Assembly (NCBI GenBank): GCA_964016885.1
Contig: OZ024742.1
Coordinates: 366,730,001 to 366,794,000 of the forward strand
Direction of reading: 5' to 3'
Source of the DNA: Eledone cirrhosa
Taxonomy: Eukaryota
DNA: 64,000 bases
Of the stretch, positions 1-17,413 are shown in pieces (the stretch's first letter is position 1; every line of letters begins with the position of its first letter). Under the pieces are notes generated by a model that saw only the letters and a list, made by a program, of their open reading frames with translations, ran no database searches and was not told the origin of the DNA. The translations under genes were made by a program, and so were the position numbers.

Positions 1-3000
1 GTGACCAAGACACTAGTGTTTCAACTAACTACATTTAGCCAAAGTGATGTGACCAAGACACTAGTGTTTCAACTAACTACATTTAGCCAAAGTTGTGTGA
101 CCAAGACACTAGTGTTTCAACTGCCTACATTTAGCCAAAGTTATGTGACCAAGACATTAGTGTTTCAATTATCTATATTTAGCCAAAGTTATGTGGCCAA
201 GACACTAGTGTTTCAACTGCCTACATTTAGCCAAAGTTATGTGACCAAGACACTAGTGTTTCAACTGCCTACATTTAGCCAAAGTTATGTGACCAAGCCA
301 CTAGTGTTTCAACTAAATACATTTAGCCAAAGTTATGTGAACAAGACACTAGTGTTTCAACTAACTACATTTAGCCAAAGTTATGTGACCAAGACACTAG
401 TGTTTCAACTGCCTACATTTAGCCAAAGTTATGTGACCAAGACACTAGTGTTTCAACTAACTACATTTAGCCAAAGTTATGTGACCAAGACACTAGTGTT
501 TCAACTAACTACATTTAGCCAAAGTTGTGTGACCAAGACACTAGTGTTTCAACTAACTACATTTAGCCAAAGTGATGTGACCAAGACACTAGTGTTTCAA
601 CTAACTACATTTAGCCAAAGTTGTGTGACCAAGACACTAGTGTTTCAACTGCCTACATTTAGCCAAAGTTATGTGACCAAGACATTAGTGTTTCAATTAT
701 CTATATTTAGCCAAAGTTATGTGGCCAAGACACTAGTGTTTCAACTGCCTACATTTAGCCAAAGTTATGTGACCAAGACACTAGTGTTTCAACTGCCTAC
801 ATTTAGCCAAAGTTATGTGACCAAGCCACTAGTGTTTCAACTAAATACATTTAGCCAAAGTTATGTGAACAAGACACTAGTGTTTCAACTAACTACATTT
901 AGCCAAAGTTATGTGACCAAGACACTAGTGTTTCAACTGCCTACATTTAGCCAAAGTTATGTGACCAAGACACTAGTGTTTCAACTAACTACATTTAGCC
1001 AAAGTTATGTGACCAAGACACTGGTGTTTCAACTAACTACATTTAGCCAAAGTTGTGTGACCAAGACACTAGTGTTTCAACTAACTACATTTAGCCAAAG
1101 TGATGTGACCAAGACACTAGTGTTTCAACTAACTACATTTAGCCAAAGTTGTGTGACCAAGACACTAGTGTTTCAACTGCCTACATTTAGCCAAAGTTAT
1201 GTGACCAAGACATTAGTGTTTCAATTATCTATATTTAGCCAAAGTTATGTGGCCAAGACACTAGTGTTTCAACTGCCTACATTTAGCCAAAGTTATGTGA
1301 CCAAGACACTAGTGTTTCAACTGCCTACATTTAGCCAAAGTTATGTGACCAAGCCACTAGTGTTTCAACTAAATACATTTAGCCAAAGTTATGTGAACAA
1401 GACACTAGTGTTTCAACTAACTACATTTAGCCAAAGTTATGTGACCAAGACACTAGTGTTTCAACTGCCTACATTTAGCCAAAGTTATGTGACCAAGACA
1501 CTAGTGTTTCAACTAACTACATTTAGCCAAAGTTATGTGACCAAGACACTAGTGTTTCAACTAACTACATTTAGCCAAAGTTGTGTGACCAAGACACTAG
1601 TGTTTCAACTAACTACATTTAGCCAAAGTGATGTGACCAAGACACTAGTGTTTCAACTAACTACATTTAGCCAAAGTTGTGTGACCAAGACACTAGTGTT
1701 TCAACTGCCTACATTTAGCCAAAGTTATGTGACCAAGACACTAGTGTTTCAACTGCCTACATTTAGCCAAAGTTATGTGACCAAGCCACTAGTGTTTCAA
1801 CTAAATACATTTAGCCAAAGTTATGTGAACAAGACACTAGTGTTTCAACTAACTACATTTAGCCAAAGTTATGTGACCAAGACACTAGTGTTTCAACTGC
1901 CTACATTTAGCCAAAGTTATGTGACCAAGACACTAGTGTTTCAACTAACTACATTTAGCCAAAGTTATGTGACCAAGACACTAGTGTTTCAACTAACTAC
2001 ATTTAGCCAAAGTTGTGTGACCAAGACACTAGTGTTTCAACTAACTACATTTAGCCAAAGTGATGTGACCAAGACACTAGTGTTTCAACTAACTACATTT
2101 AGCCAAAGTTGTGTGACCAAGACACTAGTGTTTCAACTGCCTACATTTAGCCAAAGTTATGTGACCAAGACATTAGTGTTTCAATTATCTATATTTAGCC
2201 AAAGTTATGTGGCCAAGACACTAGTGTTTCAACTGCCTACATTTAGCCAAAGTTATGTGACCAAGACACTAGTGTTTCAACTGCCTACATTTAGCCAAAG
2301 TTATGTGACCAAGCCACTAGTGTTTCAACTAAATACATTTAGCCAAAGTTATGTGAACAAGACACTAGTGTTTCAACTAACTACATTTAGCCAAAGTTAT
2401 GTGACCAAGACACTAGTGTTTCAACTGCCTACATTTAGCCAAAGTTATGTGACCAAGACACTAGTGTTTCAACTAACTACATTTAGCCAAAGTTATGTGA
2501 CCAAGACACTAGTGTTTCAACTAACTACATTTAGCCAAAGTTGTGTGACCAAGACACTAGTGTTTCAACTAACTACATTTAGCCAAAGTGATGTGACCAA
2601 GACACTAGTGTTTCAACTAACTACATTTAGCCAAAGTTGTGTGACCAAGACACTAGTGTTTCAACTGCCTACATTTAGCCAAAGTTATGTGACCAAGACA
2701 TTAGTGTTTCAATTATCTATATTTAGCCAAAGTTATGTGGCCAAGACACTAGTGTTTCAACTGCCTACATTTAGCCAAAGTTATGTGACCAAGACACTAG
2801 TGTTTCAACTGCCTACATTTAGCCAAAGTTATGTGACCAAGCCACTAGTGTTTCAACTAAATACATTTAGCCAAAGTTATGTGAACAAGACACTAGTGTT
2901 TCAACTAACTACATTTAGCCAAAGTTATGTGACCAAGACACTAGTGTTTCAACTGCCTACATTTAGTCAAAGTTATGTGACCAAGACACTAGTGTTTCAA

Positions 3001-6000
3001 CTACCTACATTTAGCCAAAGTTATGTGACCAAGACACTAGTGTTTCAACTAACTACATTTAGCCAAAGTTATGTGACCAAGACACTAGTGTTTCAACTGC
3101 CTACATTTAGCCAAAGTTATGTGACCAAGACACTAGTGTTTCAACTAACTACATTTAGCCAAAGTTATGTGACCAAGACACTAGTGTTTCAACTGCCTAC
3201 ATTTAGCCAAAGTTATGTGACCAAGACACTAGTGTTTCAACTAACTACATTTAGCCAAAGTTATGTGACCAAGACACTAGTGTTTCAACTAAGTACATTT
3301 AGCCAAAGTTATGTGACCAAGACACTAGTGTTTCAACTACCTACATTTAGCCAAAGTTATGTGACCAAGACACTAGTGTTTCAACTGCCTACATTTAGCC
3401 AAAGTTATGTGACCAAGACACTAGTGTTTCAACTGCCTACATTTAGCCAAAGTTATGTGACCAAGACACTAGTGTTTCAACTAACTACATTTAGCCAAAG
3501 TTATGTGACCAAGACACTAGTGTTTCAACTAACTACATTTAGCCAAAGTTATGTGACCAAGACACTAGTGTTTCAACTAACTACATTTAGCCAAAGTTAT
3601 GTGACCAAGACACTAGTGTTTCAACTAACTACATTTAGCCAAAGTTATGTGACCAAGACACTAGTGTTTCAACTAACTACATTTAGCCAAAGTTATGTGA
3701 CCAAGACACTAGTGTTTCAACTAACTACATTTAGCCAAAGTTATGTGACCAAGACACTAGTGTTTCAACTACCTACATTTAGCCAAAGTTATGTGACCAA
3801 GACACTAGTGTTTCAACTGCCTACATTTAGCCAAAGTTATGTGACCAAGACACTAGTGTTTCAACTAACTACATTTAGCCAAAGTTATGTGACCAAGACA
3901 CTAGTGTTTCAACTAACTACATTTAGCCAAAGTTATGTGACCAAGACACTAGTGTTTCAACTAACTACATTTAGCTAAACTTGTGTGATCAAGACACTAG
4001 TGTTTCAACTAACTACATTTAGCCAAAGTTATGTGACCAAGACACTAGTGTTTCAACTAACTACATTTAGCCAAAGTTATGTGACCAAGACACTAGTGTT
4101 TCAACTACCTACATTTAGCCAAAGTTATGTGACCAAGACACTAGTGTTTCAACTGCCTACATTTAGCCAAAGTTATGTGACCAAGACACTAGTGTTTCAA
4201 CTGCCTACATTTAGCCAAAGTTATGTGACCAAGACACTAGTGTTTCAACTAACTACATTTAGCTAAACTTGTGTGATCAAGACACTAGTGTTTCAACTAC
4301 CTACATTTAGCCAAAGTTATGTGACCAAGACACTAGTGTTTCAACTGCCTACATTTAGCCAAAGTTATGTGACCAAGTCACTAGTGTTTCAACTAACTAC
4401 ATTTAGCCAAAGTTATGTGACCAAGACACTAGTGTTTCAACTAACTACATTTAGCCAAAGTTATGTGACCAAGACACTAGTGTTTCAACTACCTACATTT
4501 AGCCAAAGTTATGTGACCAAGACACTAGTGTTTCAACTGCCTACATTTAGCCAAAGTTATGTGACCAAGACACTAGTGTTTCAACTAACTACATTTAGCC
4601 AAAGTTATGTGACCAAGACACTAGTGTTTCAACTGCCTACATTTAGCCAAAGTTATGTGTCCAAGACACTAGTGTTTCAACTGCCTACATTTAGCCAAAG
4701 TTATGTGACCAAGACACTAGTGTTTCAACTGCCTACATTTAGTCAAATTTATGTGACCAAGACACTAGTGTTTCAACTACCTACATTTAGCCAAAGTTAT
4801 GTGACCAAGACACTAGTGTCTCAACTGCCTACATTTAGTCAAAGTTATGTGACCAAGACACTAGTGTTTCAACTACCTACATTTAGTCAAAGTTATGTGA
4901 CCAAGACACTAGTGTTTCAACTACCTACATTTAGCCAAAGTTATGTGACCAAGACACTAGTGTCTCAACTGCCTACATTTAGCCAAAGTTGTGACCAAGA
5001 TACTAGTGTTTCAACTAACTACATTTAGCCAAAGTTATGTGACCAAGACACTAGTGTTTCATCTAACTACATTTAGCCAAACTTATGTGACCAAGACACT
5101 AGTGTTTCAACTAACTACATTTAGCCAAAGTTATGTGACCAAGACACTAGTGTTTCAACTAAATACATTTAGCCAAAGTTATGTGACCAAGATACTAGTG
5201 TTTCAACTACCTATATTTAGCCAAATTTATGTGACCAAGACACTAGTGTTTCAACTAACTACATTTAGCCAAAGTTGTGACCAAGACACTAGTGTTTCAA
5301 CTAACTACATTTAGCCAAATTATGTGACCAAGACACTAGTGTTTCAACTGCCAACATTTAGCCAAATTTGTGACCAAGACACTAGTATTTCAACTAACTA
5401 CATTTAGCCAAAGTTGTGTGACCAAGACACTAGTGTTTCAACTAACTACATTTAGCCAAAGTTGTGTGACCAAGACACTAGTGTTTCAACTGATTACATT
5501 TAGCCAAAGTTATGTGACCAACACACTAGTGTTTCAACAGCCTACATTTAGCCAAAGTTATGTGACCAAGACACTAGTGTTTCAACTAACTACATTTAGC
5601 CAAAGTTATGTGACCAAGACACTAGTGTTTCTACTAACTACATTTAGCCAAAGTTGTGTGACCAAGACACTAGTGTTTCAACTGCCTACATTTAGCCAAA
5701 GTTATGTGACCAAGACACTAGTGTCTCAACTGCCTACATTTAGCCAAATTTGTGTGACCAAGACACTAGTGTTTCAACTGCCTACAGTTAGCCAAAGTTA
5801 TGTGACCAAGACACTAGTGTCTCAACTGCCTACATTTAGCCAAATTTGTGACCAAGACACTAGTGTTTCAACTAACTACATTTAGCCAAAGTTATGTGAC
5901 CAAGACACTAGTGTTTCAACTGCCTACATTTAGCCAAAGTTATGTGACCAAGACACTAGTGTTTCAACTCCCTACATTTTGCCAAAGTTATGTGACCAAG

Positions 6001-9000
6001 ACACTAGTGTTTCAACTGCCTACATTTAGCCAAAGTTATGTGACCAAGACTCTAGTGTTTCAACTAACTACATTTAGCCAAAGTTATGTGACCAAGACAC
6101 TAGTGTTTCAACTGCCTACATTTAGCCAAAGTTATGTGACCAAGACACTAGTGTTTCAACTAAATACATTTAGCCAAAGTTATGTGACCAAGACACTAGT
6201 GATTCAACTGCCTACATTTAGCCAAAGTTATGTGACCAAGACACTAGTGTTTCAACTGCCTACAGTTAGCCCAATTATGTGACCAAGACACTAGTGTTTC
6301 AACTAACTAAATTTAGCCAAAGTTATGTGACCAAGCCACTAGTGTTTCAACTAAATACATTTAGCCAAAGTTATGTGACCAAGACACTAGTGTTTCAACT
6401 GCCTACTTTTAGCCAAAGTTATGTGACCAAGACACTAGTGTTTCAACTAACTACATTTAGCCAAAGTTATGTGACCAAGGCACTAGTGTTTCAACTAACT
6501 ACATTTAGCCAAAGTTATGTGACCAAGACACTAGTGTTTCAACTGCCTACATTTAGTCAAAGTTATGTGACCAAGACACTAGTGTTTCAACTGCCTACAT
6601 TTAGCCAAAGTTATGTGACCAAGACACTAGTGTTTCAACTGCCTACATTTAGCCAAAGTTATGTGACCAAGCCACTAGTGTTTCAACTAAATACATTTAG
6701 CCAAAGTTATGTGAACAAGACACTAGTGTTTCAACTAACTACATTTAGCCAAAGTTATGTGACCAAGACACTAGTGTTTCAACTGCCTACATTTAGTCAA
6801 AGTTATGTGACCAAGACACTAGTGTTTCAACTACCTACATTTAGCCAAAGTTATGTGACCAAGACACTAGTGTTTCAACTAACTACATTTAGCCAAAGTT
6901 ATGTGACCAAGACACTAGTGTTTCAACTGCCTACATTTAGCCAAAGTTATGTGACCAAGACACTAGTGTTTCAACTAACTACATTTAGCCAAAGTTATGT
7001 GACCAAGACACTAGTGTTTCAACTGCCTACATTTAGCCAAAGTTATGTGACCAAGACACTAGTGTTTCAACTAACTACATTTAGCCAAAGTTATGTGACC
7101 AAGACACTAGTGTTTCAACTAAGTACATTTAGCCAAAGTTATGTGACCAAGACACTAGTGTTTCAACTACCTACATTTAGCCAAAGTTATGTGACCAAGA
7201 CACTAGTGTTTCAACTGCCTACATTTAGCCAAAGTTATGTGACCAAGACACTAGTGTTTCAACTGCCTACATTTAGCCAAAGTTATGTGACCAAGACACT
7301 AGTGTTTCAACTAACTACATTTAGCCAAAGTTATGTGACCAAGACACTAGTGTTTCAACTAACTACATTTAGCCAAAGTTATGTGACCAAGACACTAGTG
7401 TTTCAACTAACTACATTTAGCCAAAGTTATGTGACCAAGACACTAGTGTTTCAACTGCCTACATTTAGCCAAAGTTATGTGACCAAGACACTAGTGTTTC
7501 AACTAACTACATTTAGCCAAAGTTATGTGACCAAGACACTAGTGTTTCAACTAACTACATTTAGCCAAAGTTATGTGACCAAGACACTAGTGTTTCAACT
7601 AACTACATTTAGCTAAACTTGTGTGATCAAGACACTAGTGTTTCAACTAACTACATTTAGCCAAAGTTATGTGACCAAGACACTAGTGTTTCAACTAACT
7701 ACATTTAGCCAAAGTTATGTGACCAAGACACTAGTGTTTCAACTACCTACATTTAGCCAAAGTTATGTGACCAAGACACTAGTGTTTCAACTGCCTACAT
7801 TTAGCCAAAGTTATGTGACCAAGACACTAGTGTTTCAACTGCCTACATTTAGCCAAAGTTATGTGACCAAGACACTAGTGTTTCAACTAACTACATTTAG
7901 CTAAACTTGTGTGATCAAGACACTAGTGTTTCAACTACCTACATTTAGCCAAAGTTATGTGACCAAGACACTAGTGTTTCAACTGCCTACATTTAGCCAA
8001 AGTTATGTGACCAAGACACTAGTGTTTCAACTAACTACATTTAGCCAAAGTTATGTGACCAAGACACTAGTGTTTCAACTAACTACATTTAGCCAAAGTT
8101 ATGTGACCAAGACACTAGTGTTTCAACTACCTACATTTAGCCAAAGTTATGTGACCAAGACACTAGTGTTTCAACTGCCTACATTTAGCCAAAGTTATGT
8201 GACCAAGACACTAGTGTTTCAACTAACTACATTTAGCCAAAGTTATGTGACCAAGACACTAGTGTTTCAACTGCCTACATTTAGCCAAAGTTATGTGTCC
8301 AAGACACTAGTGTTTCAACTGCCTACATTTAGCCAAAGTTATGTGACCAAGACACTAGTGTTTCAACTGCCTACATTTAGTCAAATTTATGTGACCAAGA
8401 CACTAGTGTTTCAACTACCTACATTTAGCCAAAGTTATGTGACCAAGACACTAGTGTCTCAACTGCCTACATTTAGTCAAAGTTATGTGACCAAGACACT
8501 AGTGTTTCAACTACCTACATTTAGTCAAAGTTATGTGACCAAGACACTAGTGTTTCAACTACCTACATTTAGCCAAAGTTATGTGACCAAGACACTAGTG
8601 TCTCAACTGCCTACATTTAGCCAAAGTTGTGACCAAGATACTAGTGTTTCAACTAACTACATTTAGCCAAAGTTATGTGACCAAGACACTAGTGTTTCAA
8701 CTAACTACATTTAGCCAAACTTATGTGACCAAGACACTAGTGTTTCAACTAACTACATTTAGCCAAAGTTATGTGACCAAGACACTAGTGTTTCAACTAA
8801 ATACATTTAGCCAAAGTTATGTGACCAAGATACTAGTGTTTCAACTACCTATATTTAGCCAAATTTATGTGACCAAGACACTAGTGTTTCAACTAACTAC
8901 ATTTAGCCAAAGTTGTGACCAAGACACTAGTGTTTCAACTAACTACATTTAGCCAAATTATGTGACCAAGACACTAGTGTTTCAACTGCCAACATTTAGC

Positions 9001-10470
9001 CAAATTTGTGACCAAGACACTAGTATTTCAACTAACTACATTTAGCCAAAGTTGTGTGACCAAGACACTAGTGTTTCAACTAACTACATTTAGCCAAAGT
9101 TGTGTGACCAAGACACTAGTGTTTCAACTGATTACATTTAGCCAAAGTTATGTGACCAACACACTAGTGTTTCAACAGCCTACATTTAGCCAAAGTTATG
9201 TGACCAAGACACTAGTGTTTCAACTAACTACATTTAGCCAAAGTTATGTGACCAAGACACTAGTGTTTCTACTAACTACATTTAGCCAAAGTTGTGTGAC
9301 CAAGACACTAGTGTTTCAACTGCCTACATTTAGCCAAAGTTATGTGACCAAGACACTAGTGTCTCAACTGCCTACATTTAGCCAAATTTGTGTGACCAAG
9401 ACACTAGTGTTTCAACTGCCTACAGTTAGCCAAAGTTATGTGACCAAGACACTAGTGTCTCAACTGCCTACATTTAGCCAAATTTGTGACCAAGACACTA
9501 GTGTTTCAACTAACTACATTTAGCCAAAGTTATGTGACCAAGACACTAGTGTTTCAACTGCCTACATTTAGCCAAAGTTATGTGACCAAGACACTAGTGT
9601 TTCAACTCCCTACATTTTGCCAAAGTTATGTGACCAAGACACTAGTGTTTCAACTGCCTACATTTAGCCAAAGTTATGTGACCAAGACTCTAGTGTTTCA
9701 ACTAACTACATTTAGCCAAAGTTATGTGACCAAGACACTAGTGTTTCAACTGCCTACATTTAGCCAAAGTTATGTGACCAAGACACTAGTGTTTCAACTA
9801 AATACATTTAGCCAAAGTTATGTGACCAAGACACTAGTGATTCAACTGCCTACATTTAGCCAAAGTTATGTGACCAAGACACTAGTGTTTCAACTGCCTA
9901 CAGTTAGCCCAATTATGTGACCAAGACACTAGTGTTTCAACTAACTAAATTTAGCCAAAGTTATGTGACCAAGCCACTAGTGTTTCAACTAAATACATTT
10001 AGCCAAAGTTATGTGACCAAGACACTAGTGTTTCAACTGCCTACTTTTAGCCAAAGTTATGTGACCAAGACACTAGTGTTTCAACTAACTACATTTAGCC
10101 AAAGTTATGTGACCAAGACACTAGTGTTTCAACTAACTACATTTAGCCAAAGTTATGTGACCAAGACACTAGTGTTTCAACTGCCTACATTTAGTCAAAG
10201 TTATGTGACCAAGACACTAGTGTTTCAACTACCTACATTTAGCCAAAGTTATGTGACCAAGACACTAGTGTTTCAACTAACTACATTTAGCCAAATTTGT
10301 GACCAAGACACTAGTGTTTCAACTAACTACATTTAGTCAAAGTTATGTGACCAAGGCACTAGTGTTTCAACTAACTACATTTAGCCAAAGTTGTGACCAA
10401 GACACTAGTGTTTCAACTGCCTACATTTAGCCAAAGGTATGTGACCAAGACACTAGTGTTTCAACTAACT
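1..10470. repeat. 48-bp tandem satellite (consensus GTGACCAAGACACTAGTGTTTCAACT(AA/GC)CTACATTTAGCCAAAGTTAT), about 218 copies, runs off the left edge
   Basis: Direct 48-bp periodicity. The AGTGAT variant recurs at about 43, 571, 1099 and 1627 (528 bp, 11 monomers). Diagnostic stops and indels recur at 3638 bp (3985/7623, 4991/8629, 6279/9917). Internal palindrome ACACTAGTGT. Confidence 0.99.
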
Positions 10471-10599
10471 TTATAACAGTAGATATCAAATTCAAATCCT
10501 ACAGTTTGATATGAATTTTTGTCCATTGAAATGAACCTACGACCCCACAGAAATGTGACTACATGGATTTTGGTAAAATAACAGAAAATATATTAGTCA

Positions 10600-10740
10600 C
10601 CCAATTAGCAGAATCATTAAAAAGTCGGATGGAATAATTTGTGGTGTTCTGGCTTTATCTTCTGAGTTCAAATCCTGCCAAGGTTATCTTTGAATTTCAA
10701 ACCATTCAGTATTGATAAATAAATATTTCGAGACTGGTCG
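10600..10740 (+). mobile_element. degraded tRNA-derived SINE (octopus OK/OR-like)
   Basis: CTGAGTTCAAATCCTGCCAAGGTTATCTTTG resembles the B-box core GAGTTCAAATCCCGCCGAGGTTGACTTTG of the cleaner copy at 62326-62500. Confidence 0.6.
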
Positions 10741-11459
10741 TTAGAATGGCAGAATTGATAGAAATTCTGTAGAGATGTATTGTAATATCTGTGAAGGAAG
10801 TTTTCCTTCTTTGTTGAAATTCCGTTTAGGTACCTATGGCCCTTATTGTTCAACCGACTAGGGTTCCTCAGCGTTAGTTTGCAATTGTCGAGGATAGATA
10901 TCTAAACCTATCCATGATATATTGGTCCCTGGTGGTGTAAAAGGATTAGTGATATACAGTGCGTCTCTGACCCCACCAAGGTCTGAGCACAACCGATTTA
11001 ATCCAGAGAAATAGAAAGTAAGAGAAAGGAATTGAGAAAAAGATATAGAAGTAGGGGATTTTTTTTATTGACGTAGAAAGAATGAAAGCAAATTCCCCTT
11101 GACAGGATTTGAACACAGAAAGTTTACAGCCGAAATGAAAAGCACGAACCATTCACCCCAACGTTCTAATGACTCTGTCAGTTTACCGTCTGAGGCTACC
11201 TGCAGTCAGTAGAGATAAGTAGAGATAAGTTAGCAATGCCATGTTGAATCATTATTTGCATGGCAAAAAATAAAGTATTTTGCTCAAGAACACAACACAT
11301 CACTCGGTTCGGGAACCCACGACCACTATTGTGATGCCAATGTCCTAACCACAATGCAATACAATGATAAATAAAATTAAAAAAAATTATTCATTAGAGC
11401 TATGAAATAACCACCAATTTTTACGACCATTTTTCATTTTATGTGGTTGCATTTCTTAT

Positions 11460-11620
11460 TGGTGTTATTACTGTTGATGTTTTTACTGTTTGCCACTGTT
11501 ACTGTTGTTGTTGCTGTTGTTGTTACTACTGTTGTTGCTGTAGTTATTGTTGTTGTTGCTACTGTTGTTTATGTTGCTGTTGTTGTTACTACTGTTGTTG
11601 CTGTAGTTATTGTTGTCGTT
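11460..11620. repeat. (GTT)n-like trinucleotide low-complexity tract
   Basis: GTT/GCT/ACT triplet run. Confidence 0.9.
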
Positions 11621-11934
11621 TTATTATATATTTCTCACCTTTTTATCAATATTGTATTCTAAAAATCGATATATCCATCGTTGTTGTTTTATATTTTTCA
11701 TCGAACTATGTAAATTACTCACTGTTCCGTATGGATCGATATTGTATTTTTTGTGCATTTGATTCGTTTAAATCTTTTCTTTTTCGGTAATTTTAAATTC
11801 AAATTGTAATTTGTCTCACCTTCAGATTGTTTTTCATCAAACATATACTTACTTTCTTAATTACAATTGATATTTCAGATTTAGTATTAAGGGGTGTAGG
11901 TGTGATTTTCTTGTGGGCTGTGTTGATGATACAT

Positions 11935-12090
11935 GCGGCAGATTGGAAAGAATCGTTAAAGACTCGGATAGAATGTTTGTGGTAATCGTTCTGGTTCACT
12001 TGCGCATTGCGTTTAAATCCTGCCGAGGTTAACTTTGTCTTTCATTCTTCTGAGGTTTGTGAAGTACCAGTCATGTACTGGGGTCGGTTC
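11935..12090 (+). mobile_element. degraded tRNA-derived SINE (same family)
   Basis: TTTAAATCCTGCCGAGGTTAACTTTGTCTTTCAT...AAGTACCAGT..GTACTGGG aligns with the copies at 36456-36641 and 62326-62500. Confidence 0.7.
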
Positions 12091-12454
12091 TTCATCTATA
12101 TCACTACCCTCACTCTTACTCTCTCTTTCTCTGGAAGAAATAAGTTGAGTGCAAGCCTGAGGAGAGGGATCGGCTTCGCCATTTAAACATATTCTAGACA
12201 TGTCACGTGTCACGACGGGGCCTCTGGGATAACATTAGGAGCTAAGTTCAATATCAAAATGTTGTTCATGATGCAATGGTTCTGATTGTTTAATCCCAGT
12301 TCTATCTGCTGACATGCCCATGTTAGGGACACAAAGACTTTCTGTAGACTGACCAGCAACATTGTCCACATACGGCAGCACATATCTGACCATGATAGAA
12401 GTTTAGATGTGGGCAGAAGGGCCAGCCTACATAGACATAGTGAAGCACAATCTG

Positions 12455-12640
12455 TCATTTAGTCACGTGTGTGTTAAGCCTTCGTTGGTTTCGGTGATGA
12501 ATATTTCATTGATTCAATCAACAGAACAGCATATTCGTGAAGTTAACGTGCAAGTGGCTGAGCATTCCTTTATAGTATGTCTTTATAGTAATTCTCTGGG
12601 TAATTGAGCGTGACTCACTAGACAACAAGACTGGACTTTG
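12455..12640 (+). mobile_element. degraded dispersed SINE-like repeat
   Basis: AACAGAACAGC..TCGTGAAGTTAACGTGCAAGTGGCTGAGCA resembles an octopus interspersed repeat from memory. No second copy in the window. Confidence 0.4.
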
Positions 12641-12797
12641 AATCACCGATATTATATACTGTATATATTAACTCTACCTTGTTTGATAACCCTGTATATT
12701 ACCCAAGTGAAACTCAGAGTAGCAACACCCACCCTGGGCCTTAATAAAGAAATTAATCTACTTTGACATTTCGCGGGAGAAAAGGGAGAGTGTATAT

Positions 12798-12873
<76 letters not shown>

Positions 12874-13209
12874 GAGGATGTCTGTCTGTGTGTCTGTTCG
12901 CCTAAAACTCTAGAAGTACCCAACCGTTTTTTTTTTAACTTTACACATGTAACCCGTATGGCCCCGGAAGTGTTTTGAGCAAAAAAACATTTCAAATTAT
13001 TCTGACCTAGGCGATTTAGCGATCTCTTTCTCTTTCTCTTAGTCTTTCTCTTTTTAGATAGAAACATAGATATGACGTCGCGCCTTCATAATATCTGTCT
13101 GTATACCTGGCTGTCTGCATTACGACATTATGACGCGCGCGATCAGTGTGTGTGTGCGTATATGTATATATATATATGTATATATAGTGTGTGCGTATAT
13201 ATATATTCT

Positions 13210-14423
<1,214 letters not shown>

Positions 14424-14623
14424 NNNNNNNNNNNNNNNNNNNNNNNNNNNNNNNNNNNNNNNNNNNNNNNNNNNNNNNNNNNNNNNNNNNNNNNNNNNNN
14501 NNNNNNNNNNNNNNNNNNNNNNNNNNNNNNNNNNNNNNNNNNNNNNNNNNNNNNNNNNNNNNNNNNNNNNNNNNNNNNNNNNNNNNNNNNNNNNNNNNNN
14601 NNNNNNNNNNNNNNNNNNNNNNN
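14424..14623. other. assembly gap (200 N)
   Basis: Run of N. Confidence 1.
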
Positions 14624-14724
14624 TTGTTACCTACTAGCCATGCGTGGTTACACGCTTGTAGAAATTATCTCCTGTGATTTTTCATGTTTATATCTATTTA
14701 TATATATGTTGATCAATTCCTAGT

Positions 14725-14787
<63 letters not shown>

Positions 14788-15053
14788 TTAGAAACACACA
14801 GATACATGCGGACACACACATATATACATGAATGCATCCGCACCCAACTGTGAGTTAAGGGTGCCAACTTCACCGATGTTGCTCAATGAATGACTGGGAC
14901 AGACCAATTCAGTTGAACTAGACTGAACCAGTATCAGAGTTAAAAATACATTATGAAGAGAGAAGAAACATTTAGATATAATTAGTAATAAAATGTATCA
15001 TACCTAAACTGCTCCTAAATTCCTCGACTACGTAGTTTCGTGGCATAAACAAA

Positions 15054-16077
<1,024 letters not shown>

Positions 16078-16236
16078 AGTTTATTTTGGTTGTATACCAA
16101 CACCGGAGTATGCAGCCTGGAGCACTCGACGAAGTGCGCAGGTTCGTTTGGTTACTCCGGAGTAGTGTAAAATAAAGTTAAATAAAAGTCAAATGATTAA
16201 ACAACATATGTACTTGTCTATACCATACTAATTCAA

Positions 16237-16291
16237 ACTGCCTGACGAGGTCACAGCCAAAGATGGCTGTCACTGAAATATATGTAGTAGT
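16237..16291 (+). ncRNA. minimal type I hammerhead ribozyme
   Basis: ACTGC-CTGACGA-GGTCACAGCCA(AAGA)TGGCTGTCACT-GAAA-TATATG-TA-GTAGT. Stem I has 5 bp, stem II 10 of 11 bp, and the triplet is GUA. Confidence 0.75.
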
Positions 16292-16340
16292 AATAAACGA
16301 AGCTAAATTTTAATCATTTGACTTTTAATTAACTTTATTT

Positions 16341-17413
<1,073 letters not shown>

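Noticed and set aside
1-10336. 1325-aa ORF and other ORFs of VTKTLVFQL(T/P)TFSQSY repeats
   Set aside because: A 48-bp unit is a multiple of 3 and happens to lack a stop in one frame. Stops and 1-2 bp indels are themselves amplified in the higher-order repeat, so there is no sign of coding constraint.
1-10470. CRISPR-like array (palindromic repeat with regular spacing)
   Set aside because: There are no unique spacers and no cas genes, and the context is eukaryotic.
11441-11790. Hydrophobic or Cys-rich small protein
   Set aside because: It is a translation of a (GTT)n tract. The same applies to the Asn-rich and Val-rich ORFs at 35874-36527.
12865-13020. Possible Helitron-like 5' segment (TATAAAA...GTCTGTCTGTGTGTC)
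   Set aside because: No 3' hairpin with CTRR end and no second copy were found.
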